NCBI GenBank assembly: GCA_963664705.1
Contig: OY761556.1
Location: 3,456,001-3,520,000, forward strand
Reading direction: 5' to 3'
DNA from: Acidobacteriota bacterium
Lineage (GTDB): Bacteria > Acidobacteriota > UBA6911
DNA: 64,000 bases
Below are positions 10,815 through 21,999 of the stretch, piece after piece; within the stretch, counting starts at the first letter, position 1, and each line of letters opens with the position of its first letter. A program made the translations under genes and the position numbers. The notes under the pieces were generated by a model. It ran no database searches. It was not told where the DNA came from and was given only the letters and a program-made list of their open reading frames with translations.

Positions 10815-11957
10815 ATGGCTATCACCATGCATCCAGGCTCCACCGCACCCGTTGAAAAGAAACGATCGCTGAGATCGCAGCTCAAAGCGTTTTATGAGAA
10901 ACATGAAAAGCACACCGGTCTAGTCATATTCGGCGTGGGTTTCATCTGGGATTCCTTTACGATGACGCGGGTCGACAGCGTCATCGACAACATCATCCTG
11001 CTTTTTTACCTTACCATCATAGCGGCCATGATTATCCTCACCCTGCGCCGGCAGTGTGGGCAGGAACCGGCCCGATGGATCCGAAAAATTGAACCTCGAC
11101 TCCTGTGGGCGATGCAGTTCTGTTTTGGCGGCCTTTTTTCCAGCTATGTCATTTTTTATTTTAAAAGCGCTTCCTTCTCGCGAACTCAGTTTTTCTTTCT
11201 CCTGCTTGTTCTCCTTTGGGTAGGAAATGAGTTTCTGGAAGAGCGGCTGAAAAATCAGGTTCTTCTTGCCGTTCTTTACTGCTTCTGCCTGTTCTCATTC
11301 TTTGCATTCTTCCTGCCGGTCCTCCTGGCAAAAGTGAGCATGTGGATTTTCGTGCTGGCAGGTTTTCTGAGCCTGATCATCAGCCTGGGAGTTTTTGCCG
11401 TCGGGCTGCTTCCCGAGCCGCTGCAATGGCGCAGGAGAATGCTCCAGCTCGGGGCGTGGATCTTTGCCGTTTTCCTGGTGGTCAATATCCTCTACTTTGC
11501 CAATCTGATCCCGCCCGTTCCGCTTGCGCTCAAATCCGCGGGCATCTACCACCAGGTTACACGCACCAGCGAGGGCTTTGCGGTAAAATATGTCGAGCCC
11601 CCCATCTACCGATTCTGGAGAAAATGGGACAATCCTTTTTGCTATTCCAAAGGAGAACGCGTCTACTGCTATACGGCGATTTTTGCTCCGAATAAGATTC
11701 GGGGGGTTCCGATATATCACGTGTGGAGCAAAAAGACGCCCGATGGATGGTCCAAACCTGATCCGATCCGATTCGAAATCCGAGTGGGCGGACGTGAAGG
11801 CGGTTTCCGGGGATATACCTACAAGGCAGGAATCACTCCGGGAGAATGGCGGGTCGAAGTGGAAACAGAAAATGGACAGACTTTGGGCAGTATCGATTTC
11901 ATTGTGGTCCCGAGCCCGGAACCTCATCCTCCGCTCGTAACCGAAGTGCTGCAATGA
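10815..11957 (+). CDS. DUF2914-domain membrane protein
   Basis: About 7 hydrophobic segments, IPPVPL, YCYTAIFAP, GGREGGFRGYTYK and PGEWRVEVET C-terminal domain. Confidence 0.75.
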   Translation: MAITMHPGSTAPVEKKRSLRSQLKAFYEKHEKHTGLVIFGVGFIWDSFTMTRVDSVIDNIILLFYLTIIAAMIILTLRRQCGQEPARWIRKIEPRLLWAMQFCFGGLFSSYVIFYFKSASFSRTQFFFLLLVLLWVGNEFLEERLKNQVLLAVLYCFCLFSFFAFFLPVLLAKVSMWIFVLAGFLSLIISLGVFAVGLLPEPLQWRRRMLQLGAWIFAVFLVVNILYFANLIPPVPLALKSAGIYHQVTRTSEGFAVKYVEPPIYRFWRKWDNPFCYSKGERVYCYTAIFAPNKIRGVPIYHVWSKKTPDGWSKPDPIRFEIRVGGREGGFRGYTYKAGITPGEWRVEVETENGQTLGSIDFIVVPSPEPHPPLVTEVLQ

Positions 11958-12031
11958 AAAAGGCCGGTACCGATTGGGCGACTTCTGACTCCTGAAATTG
12001 CTTCATTTGTGGCAAAATCCATTCACCGGAT

Positions 12032-12745
12032 ATGAACTATTACAACTACTTTACCGAAATCGAAGAGCATTTTGTCCGAAGGCGCGGAAAGCATCTCCTG
12101 ATATCTCCAATGGATTGGGGACTGATCGCCACGTGGAAAGATGCTGGAATCCCTTTGCAGGTGGCACTCCGCGGCATCGATATCGCAATGGACGGGTTCA
12201 CATCCCGTCAGCGCGGCAGCTCAAAAGTGAGTACGCTGGCATATTGCCACGACAGTGTGATGACGGAATATGCCGGTCATCTGGAATCCCATGTGGGCGA
12301 AGCACTGGAAGACCGCGCTGAAACCGAAGACAGCAGCAAGGCGGATGAACCGGGAGTCAAAACTGCGATCGATTTCATCGCCGAAAGAATCAGTGAGATA
12401 AAAAGCCTCGAGACGAAACAATTACAGGAAAGCAGCGCGGAAGGAATTCATCGGGTTGGAACAAGGCTCGAAGAGGTATCCGAGAATCTCAAAAACAGCG
12501 GGCGGATGGATTCGGAGAGCCTTGAGCGGGACCTTGCGATTATCGACGATCTCCTGGTTAACGAACTCCGCGCTTCAATTTCCGCTGAGCAGATGCTCGA
12601 ATGGGAAACCGAAGCCAAAAGAGAGCTAAAGGTATATAAAAAAAATCTGCCGAAGGAAACGTTTGAGAAAATACGGGCCAACTTTTTTCGCAATAAAATT
12701 CACAACAGTTTTGGCATCGGCGAATTGAGCATCTTTCGTTTATAG
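12032..12745 (+). CDS. Conserved hypothetical protein with a DnaD-like N-terminal pattern
   Basis: Long ORF filling the gap; YFTEIEEHF.RRRG...ISPMDW..I..W...GIP..V.LRGID, then a helical C-terminus. Confidence 0.7.
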   Translation: MNYYNYFTEIEEHFVRRRGKHLLISPMDWGLIATWKDAGIPLQVALRGIDIAMDGFTSRQRGSSKVSTLAYCHDSVMTEYAGHLESHVGEALEDRAETEDSSKADEPGVKTAIDFIAERISEIKSLETKQLQESSAEGIHRVGTRLEEVSENLKNSGRMDSESLERDLAIIDDLLVNELRASISAEQMLEWETEAKRELKVYKKNLPKETFEKIRANFFRNKIHNSFGIGELSIFRL

Positions 12746-12786
12746 GAAATCGCACCGAAGTTGAAATCCGTCACACAGGTCTCCAC

Positions 12787-14043
12787 ATGAAGAAACAGGG
12801 CAAGAGCTCCGGCAGCTTCGAAATCACGATCGAAAAACTGGTTTACGGCGGGGCCGGATTTGCCAGGCACGAGGGGAAAGTGGTTTTTGTGCAGTTCTCC
12901 GTTCCCGGAGATCGCCTCCTGGTGCGCGCGGTGGAGGAAAAGAAGACTTTTATACGCGCAGAGATTGTCGAGATTTTAAAGCCCGGCAAGGGACGCATCG
13001 TTCCGATGTGCCCGCACTTTGAAAAATGCGGAGGCTGTCACTGGCAGCAACTGGAATACAGACGCCAGGCGGAAGCCAAACGTCTTATCCTCGAAGAGGC
13101 TTTTCATCATCGATTCCCTCAAACTCTTGATCTTCCAATCGACATGCTCGCCTGTCCACAGCCGTTCGGCTACCGATCCAGGGCCCGGATACAGCTGAGA
13201 GGAGCCGGGCAGAGAGCCTCCGTGGGCTTTTTCCGGCCAGGATCGCACAACGTGGAAGACGTAGAAAACTGTCCTCTATTCCGGGATTCCCTCAACGAGG
13301 CATTGAGCGCTGTCAGGCAATTCAAGCTCAAAGTCGATACCGAGACTCGGCCGCAGGAAATGGATCTCGCCTGCTCGGAGGAAGAGAATACCTGGGCTAC
13401 CGCCTACAGCGATATGCCCTCTGCTCAGGAGGGAATCACGCCTCTTTTCGGAACAAGAGGCGGAAACGATGTCATTCTGAGGAGAAAGGTCGGCGAATAC
13501 GTTTACGCCATCACGGCATCCGCCTTTTTTCAGGCCAATGACTTTATGATTTCCGAACTTGTTTCACGTGTCTGCGATGCGGCTGCAACTGCGGGCTCGG
13601 GAGCAGTTCTCGACCTTTTTTCCGGAGCGGGTCTCTTCTCGCTGCCTTTGGCAAGACATTTCTCCGCAGTGACTGCAGTCGAAAACTCTCCCGGATCCAC
13701 CAGGCTCTGTCTGCGAAATGTATCCGGCGCAAAGCTTCAAAATATTCAGGTAGTATGCGCCGATGTCTCGGAATGGCTCCAGTCCCAACTGGATTCGCAT
13801 CCCCATTCCTATGACCTCATCGTGCTGGATCCGCCTCGCGCCGGTGCCGGACCGGAGGTCATGCGCCAGATCGTAAAGCTGGCACCACCCAAGATAGTTT
13901 ATGTCTCCTGCGACCCGCAGACCCTCGTCCGAGATCTGGCAGCCATCTCTCCTGCCGAGTATGCAATCACGCAAGTGGAGGGGTTAGACCTCTTCCCCCA
14001 AACCTATCACTTTGAAACGATCGTGCAGTTGGTCAGGAACTGA
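12787..14043 (+). CDS. rlmD: 23S rRNA (uracil-C5)-methyltransferase, TRAM plus [4Fe-4S]
   Basis: TRAM domain, CPHFEKCGGC, FFQAN, DLFSGAG, LDPPRAG, YVSCDP, DLFPQTYHFE. Confidence 0.88.
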   Translation: MKKQGKSSGSFEITIEKLVYGGAGFARHEGKVVFVQFSVPGDRLLVRAVEEKKTFIRAEIVEILKPGKGRIVPMCPHFEKCGGCHWQQLEYRRQAEAKRLILEEAFHHRFPQTLDLPIDMLACPQPFGYRSRARIQLRGAGQRASVGFFRPGSHNVEDVENCPLFRDSLNEALSAVRQFKLKVDTETRPQEMDLACSEEENTWATAYSDMPSAQEGITPLFGTRGGNDVILRRKVGEYVYAITASAFFQANDFMISELVSRVCDAAATAGSGAVLDLFSGAGLFSLPLARHFSAVTAVENSPGSTRLCLRNVSGAKLQNIQVVCADVSEWLQSQLDSHPHSYDLIVLDPPRAGAGPEVMRQIVKLAPPKIVYVSCDPQTLVRDLAAISPAEYAITQVEGLDLFPQTYHFETIVQLVRN

Positions 14044-14093
14044 CGATTCCTTGATCCCGGTTTACAAATCCGGCAGCGGGTTGGTGCGTTCTT

Positions 14094-16817
14094 ATGGGTA
14101 CGTTGACCGACAAAGCGCGCGATCGTCATGCATCCTTCCTGAATCGTCACTCCGACCGGCCGCTCACCATGATCGCGTGCTCATTCGCCCTGGGCATCGC
14201 ATTGTCGCTTCTTAGTCGGAATTATTGCTTTCCCGGGATCGTAGCTTCAGATGTGTGTCTGATCGGAGCGGCGGCTCTGTCTCTCCGCAGGAATCGACTT
14301 CCTCTATGTTTCGGCCTCGGCCTTGCGGCTATCTCAGTGGGCGGATTTCTTCTGGCCATTGTCTGTCGTGATGCATTCCCCGAGACGGACATACGCAGCC
14401 GGTTGTCCAAACATATGTTGCAACTGGAAGAACCGGTTTCTTCAGACGGATGTGTTGTCAAGGAAAGCGAGATACGCGGCGAAGAGAATGTCATCACCAT
14501 CGATTTGCACGCTTTCCTTCACAAAGATCGATGGGTTGTCTGTTCAGGTAAGGCAATCGTGCGGATTGCAGAGACGGACAAACCAAAGGAACAGCGGATC
14601 AAGCTGATGCGTGGAGATCGGGTGCGCGGCTGGGCAACCTGGAATATGCCGCGCAATTTTAATAATCCAGGATCTGCGGACAGTGCCGGAGTCTTGGCGC
14701 GTCGCGGAGTCTTTCTGGTTGGAAAGATCAAATCCACTCGGCTGTTTGAAAGCATTCCGGGGGGCTGCATCGATCCATGGACGCAGATTGCCAATAGCAT
14801 CGGAACGCGCGTACACAAAAGCCTGGAGCCGCTGGTCTCAATCGAAAAGGGGCAGCGGGCAGCAATCCTCGCAAGCCTGATTATCGGTGATTATTCAAAC
14901 CTTTCGAACAATACCCGGGAGGTATTTCAGAACTCCGGAACTTTTCATGTACTGGTGATTTCAGGGCTTCATGTCGCATGGCTGGCAGGCGTACTTCTTC
15001 AAGCTCTGAAATGGGGACGTATCCCTGAGCGAATCTGCTATCTACTCGTGTTTTTCGTTATCCTGCTATACACCTGCGTGGTCGGCTTTCAGGCAAGCAT
15101 CAGCCGATGCCTCTGGATGTTTTTGCTGTATCTGATCGGCAGGGCGATATTCCGGGAAACCGATGCGACCAACATACTGCTGAGTTCGGCAATAATCCTG
15201 TTGACGATGCAGCCGACATGGCTCTTTGAGACCGGATTCCAGCTTTCATTCCTGTCTGTCCTGGCGATCGCAATGACCGCCGTTTCGGCAATCAGCAATT
15301 ATGTTCACCCGGTCTTTCATCCCCTGCTTTCCGTCTGCGACCCTGATCGCATGTTTCTTCAGCCGGGCCGATGGCACAGAATCGGACGATACCTGAAGAT
15401 ACAATGCGAAATACTCATAGAGGCGGCGGCAGATTCCCTGCCCGCAATCTTTTCCCTGATGCTTCGCATGGCAATCCGCGCCCTGGCAAGGACCTGGCTC
15501 GCAATTACGAGCGTCCTTATTACGTCACTGGCGGTACAGATGTGGCTTCAGCCCTTGCTAGCCTTCTATTTTAATCGTATGAGCTGGATCTCGCCGCTTG
15601 CCAATATTGTGATCGTCCCCCTGTCCTCCTTTGTGCTGGGAGCCGGTGTTGCAGCCTCGTGCACCATGTCATTACCTTGGATTGGACCATTATGGCTGCG
15701 CCTGGCTGGCTTTCTCGCAGCACTGCTGCTCAACACCACCTCGTGGATCGCAAACATTCCGGGAGCCTGGCAACGCTGTCCGACGCCATCGGCGCATTGG
15801 GTTCTCGGAGGGATTTTGCTTTTGTTGAGCTGGTCCTTCTTTGAATGGAGAAGATTCTGGATTGCATGCGTCGGGATTGCGACATTTCTCACATTTCTTG
15901 CATTAGGATCAATCCCGGAAAGCGATCGCCTGCCCAAGGCATCCGCCCTTGGCTCCGGTACCAGAGTGGCACCATGGGGGAAGTCCGCCCGCGTCCTAAG
16001 CCTCACTTTCCTGGATGTTGGCGAAGGAGACTCCATTGTGATCCGGTTTCCAGACAGGAGAGCCTGGTTGCTGGATGCCGGAGGCATACGACATCCGCCA
16101 TCCCAGGAAGAGGATGCTTACGTATTCGACATCGGGGAAGCGGTTGTAAGCCGGTATCTCTGGCAGTATTGGATCCATCCAATCGACAGGGTGCTGATTT
16201 CGCACCCGGACATGGACCATGCCGGGGGTATCGCAGCAGTTATGCGTAATTTCCATGTCGGCAGCTTCGGCTATTCGCGCGCGGGTCCGGACAAAATGCT
16301 TTCGGAATTGCAGACTCTTGCGGTCCAGCGGCAGGTGCCGATGAAACAGCTTCATGCCGCAATTGACGATCAGGTCGGCGGAGTTGACATTCGGGTCCTG
16401 AACCCGCCTGCGGCTACCCTATTCCGCACGACAAACGAAAACTCTCTGGTGCTGAAGCTATCGCTTTGCCATTTTTCGATCCTTCTGACCGGGGATCTCG
16501 AGAAGGCCGGAGAGGCGGCAGTCCTTGCACAGCCGGACTCGTTGAATTGCCAGTTTCTAAAGGTCGCTCATCATGGGAGCCGCGCCGGAACCTCCGATCT
16601 CTTCCTGGACCGTACGAAGCCGCGTTGGGCGATTCTCTCGGTAGGGCGAAACAACCCTTTTGGCCATCCTGCCAAAGAGACCTTAAACCGTCTGCTTCAA
16701 CGGGGAATAAGGCCGATTTCAACTATTGACGAGGGAGCCATTACCATCGAAACAGATGGAATCCGGTATCTTCTTCGAAGCTATATAAACGGAGTTTTGG
16801 AGAGCGGCGAATTGTAG
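14094..16817 (+). CDS. comEC: DNA uptake channel ComEC/Rec2
   Basis: HVLVISGLHV, GFQLSF, FLDVGEGD, SHPDMDHAGG metallo-beta-lactamase motif, KVAHHGS, NPFGHP. Confidence 0.93.
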   Translation: MGTLTDKARDRHASFLNRHSDRPLTMIACSFALGIALSLLSRNYCFPGIVASDVCLIGAAALSLRRNRLPLCFGLGLAAISVGGFLLAIVCRDAFPETDIRSRLSKHMLQLEEPVSSDGCVVKESEIRGEENVITIDLHAFLHKDRWVVCSGKAIVRIAETDKPKEQRIKLMRGDRVRGWATWNMPRNFNNPGSADSAGVLARRGVFLVGKIKSTRLFESIPGGCIDPWTQIANSIGTRVHKSLEPLVSIEKGQRAAILASLIIGDYSNLSNNTREVFQNSGTFHVLVISGLHVAWLAGVLLQALKWGRIPERICYLLVFFVILLYTCVVGFQASISRCLWMFLLYLIGRAIFRETDATNILLSSAIILLTMQPTWLFETGFQLSFLSVLAIAMTAVSAISNYVHPVFHPLLSVCDPDRMFLQPGRWHRIGRYLKIQCEILIEAAADSLPAIFSLMLRMAIRALARTWLAITSVLITSLAVQMWLQPLLAFYFNRMSWISPLANIVIVPLSSFVLGAGVAASCTMSLPWIGPLWLRLAGFLAALLLNTTSWIANIPGAWQRCPTPSAHWVLGGILLLLSWSFFEWRRFWIACVGIATFLTFLALGSIPESDRLPKASALGSGTRVAPWGKSARVLSLTFLDVGEGDSIVIRFPDRRAWLLDAGGIRHPPSQEEDAYVFDIGEAVVSRYLWQYWIHPIDRVLISHPDMDHAGGIAAVMRNFHVGSFGYSRAGPDKMLSELQTLAVQRQVPMKQLHAAIDDQVGGVDIRVLNPPAATLFRTTNENSLVLKLSLCHFSILLTGDLEKAGEAAVLAQPDSLNCQFLKVAHHGSRAGTSDLFLDRTKPRWAILSVGRNNPFGHPAKETLNRLLQRGIRPISTIDEGAITIETDGIRYLLRSYINGVLESGEL

Positions 16818-16845
16818 AAGGAAAGAAAGCCTGCTATGGAGATTC

Positions 16846-16884
16846 GGGCAATTCGCATCGAGCACCGCGGGCTGCGAATTGCCC
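16846..16884. terminator. Hairpin between convergent comEC and the DHOD-like gene
   Basis: 12-bp perfect stem gggcaattcgca / tgcgaattgccc. Confidence 0.6.
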
Positions 16885-16903
16885 TGAACCTTCCTGGATC
16901 CCC

Positions 16904-17899
16904 TTAGGCAGGACGATAGGACATAATGGCACGCATATATTGCGCCCGTTCAAATGCGGCCGGGTCTGAACAGTATTTCTGGCTCATGCTTCCCTGCAAC
17001 TGCCGCAGCGATTGATAGTCATGCTCCGAAAGCCAGTTTGCCATTTCCGCTTCAATTTCGCGAATGATGCCAAGACCGCGGCTGAACAAAACCGAGCATA
17101 ACATTGTGACATCAGCGCCGACCATCAGCATTTTGAGCACATCCTGAGCCGAGTGAATTCCCGAAGTAGCAGCCAAGTCCGCCTTGATGCGTCCATACAG
17201 GATGGCAATCCACCGCAACGGCAAACGCATATCCTGCGAAGAGCTCAGGTGGATATTCGGCTGAATCTCCAGCTCATCCAGGTTGATGTCCGGTTGATAG
17301 AAGCGGTTGAACAATACAAGGCCGTTGACGCCGGTTTCGTCAAGGCGCTTGGCAAAGTTGGCCATGTTGCTGAAAAACGGGCTGAGTTTTACGGCAATGG
17401 GAATGTTTACTGCCGACTTGACCGATTTGACAATTTCGACGTAGGACTGTTCCACCTCCGCAGCAGTCTTATCCATCTCGGTTGGAATCCAATAGACGTT
17501 CAGCTCGAGCGCATCCGCTCCGGCCTGCTGAATCCGTTTCGCATAGTCGACCCAACCTCCGATTGCGGCGCAATTAAGACTCGCAATAATCGGAATGCGC
17601 ACCGCCTCTTTGGCGCCTCTGACCTTCGCGAGGTATTCGTCCGGACCGGTCACGAATTCGGCCGGAGTCGGAAAGAATGATGAGGCTTCGGGAAAGCTGT
17701 CCGTTCCGAATGCCAGGTGCTGCTGCACCGCCTCTACTTCACCCTTCACCTGCTCCTCGAAAACCGAGTGCAGAACGATCGCCGAAGCGCCGCAATCCTC
17801 CATTCGCTTGATGCTGTCCAGGTCGTCCGAAAGGGGGGACGCGGATGGCACAAGGGGTGTCCGTAGATTCAGTCCGAGGTATCTGGTTGTCAAATCCAT
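16904..17899 (-). CDS. Dihydroorotate dehydrogenase-like flavoprotein
   Basis: MDLTTRYLGLNL, SASPLS, ADALELN, AVKLSPFF, LFNRFYQPD, FERAQY: the DHOD-like subfamily rather than canonical PyrD. Confidence 0.88.
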   Translation of the reverse strand: MDLTTRYLGLNLRTPLVPSASPLSDDLDSIKRMEDCGASAIVLHSVFEEQVKGEVEAVQQHLAFGTDSFPEASSFFPTPAEFVTGPDEYLAKVRGAKEAVRIPIIASLNCAAIGGWVDYAKRIQQAGADALELNVYWIPTEMDKTAAEVEQSYVEIVKSVKSAVNIPIAVKLSPFFSNMANFAKRLDETGVNGLVLFNRFYQPDINLDELEIQPNIHLSSSQDMRLPLRWIAILYGRIKADLAATSGIHSAQDVLKMLMVGADVTMLCSVLFSRGLGIIREIEAEMANWLSEHDYQSLRQLQGSMSQKYCSDPAAFERAQYMRAIMSYRPA

Positions 17900-17972
17900 A
17901 TCAAATCTCCGATGCGATCAATAATTGCCGGGAAACAGGTTGCTCTCTGTCTCATAGCTCCGGCTGTAAATT

Positions 17973-20738
17973 TTACAATTCAATCTCGGCGCGAACAACA
18001 CCATCTTCGGCAACGTAGTGGCGACGGAACCCCAGCTTGTCGCAGATTCTCAACATATCCCGGTTTTCAGGCAGGATATCCCCGAATATGCGTGTCACCT
18101 TCTCTTCACGCCCGATGTCGACCAGCCGCTTCAGCAATTCAATGCCAAGCCCTCGATGATGCCAGTTGTCGCTGACGAGAACTGCGAACTCACCTTCTTT
18201 CGTGCCATGCACCTTGATGAGCCGGCCTACGGCAAGAACTTCCTGATCGCCTGTAATCTCATCTCTCCGCAGAACGACCAGCGCGATCTCGCGCTCATAA
18301 TCGATGAAACATATTCGCGTGAGGCGTTCGTGGGCAATTCGCTGGGTCAGCCGCATGGCGTGGAAATAGCGAAAATACACACTTCGCTCCGACAGCGTTT
18401 CATGGAATCGAACCATGAGCGGTTCATCTTCAGGCCGGATAGGCCGAATCGTGACAGGCGTGCCATCCTGCATCGTCCAGGAATCCACATACTGTGTCGG
18501 ATACGGGCGAATCGCCAGTTGCGGTATCGATTCCGGATCCACATCAGCCCCGTGCACGATGATGCGCGCATCCAAAGCCAGAATCCGCTCCGTCGATACC
18601 AATAGCGGGTTCACATCGATTTCCTTTATCCACCGCTGGTCCACGACCAGCAGGCTGAACTGCACCAGCAGCTGCTCCAAGGCGGTAAAATTGATATCGG
18701 ACCGGCTGCTTTTCAGCGCCGCGTAAATTCGGGTCTGCTCCATCATTCGGCGGGCAAGCGTCACGTTAAGCGGTGGCAGCGCGAGAGCGCGGTCTCTGTA
18801 AATATCCAGGAGGCGTCCGCCGGCTCCGAACAGCAACACCGGGCCGAATTGAGGATCTATCGTACTGCCCACTATAATCTCAAAGCCATCCGATTGGATC
18901 ATCGGCTGGATGGTAACGCCCTGGAAATGCTCCGATCCAAAGCTGTCCGCCACTCTGTCCCGGATCTTCCGGTACGCCTTCTGCACCGCCGATGCATCCG
19001 CCAAATTCAGCCGAACACCGCCCGCTTGCGCCTTGTGGGCAATCGTATGCGAAGCCAGCTTGACTACCACGGGATATCCAATCGCAGCCGCTTCCCTGAT
19101 CGCCTCTTCCTCGCTGAATGCGATCCGTGTCTCAACCACCGGAATTCCATAGGCACTCAGGATCTTCTTGGAATCAAATTCATTCAGGAGCGTTCGTCCA
19201 GCGCCGCGCGCACGGAGTATGAGTTCTCCGGCTGATATGCGGCCTCGCCCAAAATCCGCGGCTTCCGATAAGATGGGGGTTTCGTACAACCCGCGCAGGT
19301 TATAGGTGTAGCGCCACATGTAATTAAACGCGCGCACCGCGGTATCGGGATAAGGGAATGTCGGAATATTGCTCCGGTTTAAAATCGTTTCACCCGTCGC
19401 CACATCCGCTCCCCCCATCCAACTCGCCAGGATCGGCTTCCCGTCGAGTTTGGCCAACGGCCTTAGCTGTTCAGCGGTCCGCGTCGAGTCGGTATTGGCC
19501 TGCGGAGTAAGGACAACCAGGACTCCATCCGTATTCGGATCCTTGGCCGCCACCTCTACCGTGCTGACGTATCGCTCGGGCGAAGCATCTCCGAGAATGT
19601 CGATGGGATTGTTGTGACTCCAGTGGGGCGGAAGGAATTCATTCAGCCTATCCATGGATTCCGGAGCCAGGCTCGCCAGTTCACCCCCACTGCCGATAAG
19701 CGCGTCCGTCGCCAGCACGCCGAGTCCGCCGGCATTGGTTATGATGGCGAGTCTCGGCCCCTTTGGCCGCGGCTGTTTGGCCAGCACTTCAGCCATATCG
19801 AAGAGATCGGAAATATTGTTGACGCGCAGTACGCCGCCGCGCCGGAATGCCGCTTCCCACACATCATCCGAGCCGGTCAACGAACCCGTATGCGACGATG
19901 CCGCTTTCCCGGCTGCCTCTGTGCGTCCAGCCTTTATCACAATAATCGGCTTCGTAAGCGCCACTTCACGGGCCGCGGATAAAAAGGAGCGGGCATCACT
20001 GACCGATTCCATATACATTACGATGCTTCGAGTTCGCTGATCGTCTCCGAGGTAATCAATAAGATCGCCCCAGCCCACATCCACCATGGACCCAATCGAA
20101 ATGAAGCAACTGAACCCGACCATTTCCCGAAGACTCCAGTCCAGCACGGCCGTACATAGGGCACCGCTTTGACTGATAAAGGCAACGTTTCCCGGTCGCG
20201 CCATTCCTACGGCAAAGGTCGCATTCAATCCGGTCATAGGACTCATGACGCCGAGGCAGTTCGGCCCGATAATGCGCAAAGGCCCACGGCTGGCATTGGC
20301 CCGGATCTGCTCCTCCAATTTCAGCCCTTTCTCGCCGATTTCCTTGAATCCGGCAGACAGTATGATCGCGCCCCGAACTCCGGCATCCACGCATTCCGAA
20401 ATCAGTCCCGGAACCGTATCGGGAGGTGTCGCCAGCACAGCCAAATCCACCTTCTCCGGAACTGCAGCAACGCTCGGATAAGCCTTGATGCCGAGAACAC
20501 TCGAGCGCTTTGGATTCACCGGGAATACAGTTCCACCAAAGGGATTGGTGAACAGGTTCCACAACACGGTGCGGCCGAGGCTTCCAGCTGTCTCCGTCGC
20601 ACCAATAACCGCAACGGTTTTGGGTGAGAAAAACACGCTGAGCGGCTGATTGGAACGGCGCAGAATATTGTCCGCCGTACCGAGACGAACCGGTTCGGAT
20701 TGCGAGCTGCCAGATTTGGTATCCTGATTTGAAATCAT
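17973..20738 (-). CDS. Acyl-CoA synthetase (NDP-forming)-like / GNAT fusion; protein lysine acetyltransferase Pat/YfiQ type
   Basis: CoA-binding domain ([20 protein letters not shown]), ATP-grasp region, C-terminal GNAT ([18 protein letters not shown]). Confidence 0.9.
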   Translation of the reverse strand: MISNQDTKSGSSQSEPVRLGTADNILRRSNQPLSVFFSPKTVAVIGATETAGSLGRTVLWNLFTNPFGGTVFPVNPKRSSVLGIKAYPSVAAVPEKVDLAVLATPPDTVPGLISECVDAGVRGAIILSAGFKEIGEKGLKLEEQIRANASRGPLRIIGPNCLGVMSPMTGLNATFAVGMARPGNVAFISQSGALCTAVLDWSLREMVGFSCFISIGSMVDVGWGDLIDYLGDDQRTRSIVMYMESVSDARSFLSAAREVALTKPIIVIKAGRTEAAGKAASSHTGSLTGSDDVWEAAFRRGGVLRVNNISDLFDMAEVLAKQPRPKGPRLAIITNAGGLGVLATDALIGSGGELASLAPESMDRLNEFLPPHWSHNNPIDILGDASPERYVSTVEVAAKDPNTDGVLVVLTPQANTDSTRTAEQLRPLAKLDGKPILASWMGGADVATGETILNRSNIPTFPYPDTAVRAFNYMWRYTYNLRGLYETPILSEAADFGRGRISAGELILRARGAGRTLLNEFDSKKILSAYGIPVVETRIAFSEEEAIREAAAIGYPVVVKLASHTIAHKAQAGGVRLNLADASAVQKAYRKIRDRVADSFGSEHFQGVTIQPMIQSDGFEIIVGSTIDPQFGPVLLFGAGGRLLDIYRDRALALPPLNVTLARRMMEQTRIYAALKSSRSDINFTALEQLLVQFSLLVVDQRWIKEIDVNPLLVSTERILALDARIIVHGADVDPESIPQLAIRPYPTQYVDSWTMQDGTPVTIRPIRPEDEPLMVRFHETLSERSVYFRYFHAMRLTQRIAHERLTRICFIDYEREIALVVLRRDEITGDQEVLAVGRLIKVHGTKEGEFAVLVSDNWHHRGLGIELLKRLVDIGREEKVTRIFGDILPENRDMLRICDKLGFRRHYVAEDGVVRAEIEL

Positions 20739-21053
20739 TCCAATCCCATTAGGTCCGATTTTATCTCAAAACCCAATCAGCTGCGTGATGCTAAATCGGA
20801 ACGACGCCAGAATTGTTAAGGGGTATGAAAGCAACTGTGAAACGACATTTTATTACCAAACGGTCCTTTAGGCAAATGCTGGAAATCCGCCGGATGCCAA
20901 TCTGCTGAATCCGGCCGCCGGCTTTGAAAGAATTTTTGAAGCTTCCCCCTTTAGAGTTACAATATCAAAAAATCTTGAGACTGGAACGGGATCCATCCAT
21001 CTAAGGATTTAGAAAAACCTGCATACGGACCAGGTAAACGCAAAGGAATATTT

Positions 21054-21863
21054 ATGATCGCCAAGAGACTCGTCCTTGCTTTGCTTTCGGTTGTTCTGCT
21101 GACATCAGTCTCCCACCCGCAGTCCGGGTCACCGCAATCTCCGGAACCGTCAATCAAGGAAACCGATTTCGAGATGGTTGTTCCTGAGGGAACCGTGATT
21201 CCCATCATTCTGACCGCTTATCTGAATACAAAGAGCAGCCAGGTTGGAGATACCCTTTATGCCGATACAACCTATCCTATCTGGATCCAGCAGCGCCTGG
21301 TAATTCCAAGGGGCTCGATCATCCGCGGCACCGTCACCGATGTCATCAGGCCCGGAAAAATCAAAGGGAAAGGGCGACTTGCCATCCGCATCGACGACGT
21401 TCTGCTGCCGAATGGCGTTCGACGTGAGCTGGTGGCCAGTTTCAAAGGACTTCATGGCCCGGGGGATGAAAGCCTGGACCGCAAGTCTGAAACCGTTGCG
21501 GCCGGGGCTTCCAAAGGAGAAGATGCGGGGACGGTGGTTGGCACCTCCAGTACCGGTGCGATCATCGGCGCGGCAGCCGCACGAGGCACAGGGGCGGCCA
21601 TAGGTGCCGGAGCCGGTGCAGCGGCGGGACTGGCGACCATCCTTTTCACCCGGGGACGCGACCTGGTGCTGGAACCCGGAACCCAATTTGATCTTGAGCT
21701 GAAAAAGCCGCTCAAATTTGCCTTTAATGAGCTTGATTTCACATCATCCCAGCTTAACAATGCACAGAGGGAACCGCGGACAAGATCGGTAACCCCCAAT
21801 TACCGAGGCACCACGCGACGAACCCTGCCATTCCCTGGAATTGGGTGGCCATTGACCTTTTAG
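21054..21863 (+). CDS. Exported TrbI/VirB10-like domain protein with glycine zipper
   Basis: Signal peptide; VPEGTVIPI.L...LNTKSSQVGD; IPRGS.I.G.V; GAIIGA..GAAIGAGAGAAAG; LEPGT. Confidence 0.7.
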   Translation: MIAKRLVLALLSVVLLTSVSHPQSGSPQSPEPSIKETDFEMVVPEGTVIPIILTAYLNTKSSQVGDTLYADTTYPIWIQQRLVIPRGSIIRGTVTDVIRPGKIKGKGRLAIRIDDVLLPNGVRRELVASFKGLHGPGDESLDRKSETVAAGASKGEDAGTVVGTSSTGAIIGAAAARGTGAAIGAGAGAAAGLATILFTRGRDLVLEPGTQFDLELKKPLKFAFNELDFTSSQLNNAQREPRTRSVTPNYRGTTRRTLPFPGIGWPLTF

Positions 21864-21999
21864 CCCACGATATTGACGGGTACAGAATGAATTCAACCTC
21901 TCAAAATGGGTGATTATTCCTGTAATTCGTGGCATGCTGTATAGCTTAAGGTCGAATTACAGGTTGAATCTATAGTTTACCTCGGTAAGAATAACGCCC

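Noticed and set aside
21054-21863. Conjugative element implied by the TrbI/VirB10-like gene
   Set aside because: No other T4SS, relaxase or integrase genes; flanked by housekeeping genes.
21930-21946. Sigma54 promoter upstream of tex (TGGCATG...GC)
   Set aside because: GG-to-GC spacing is 11 nt instead of the required 10.
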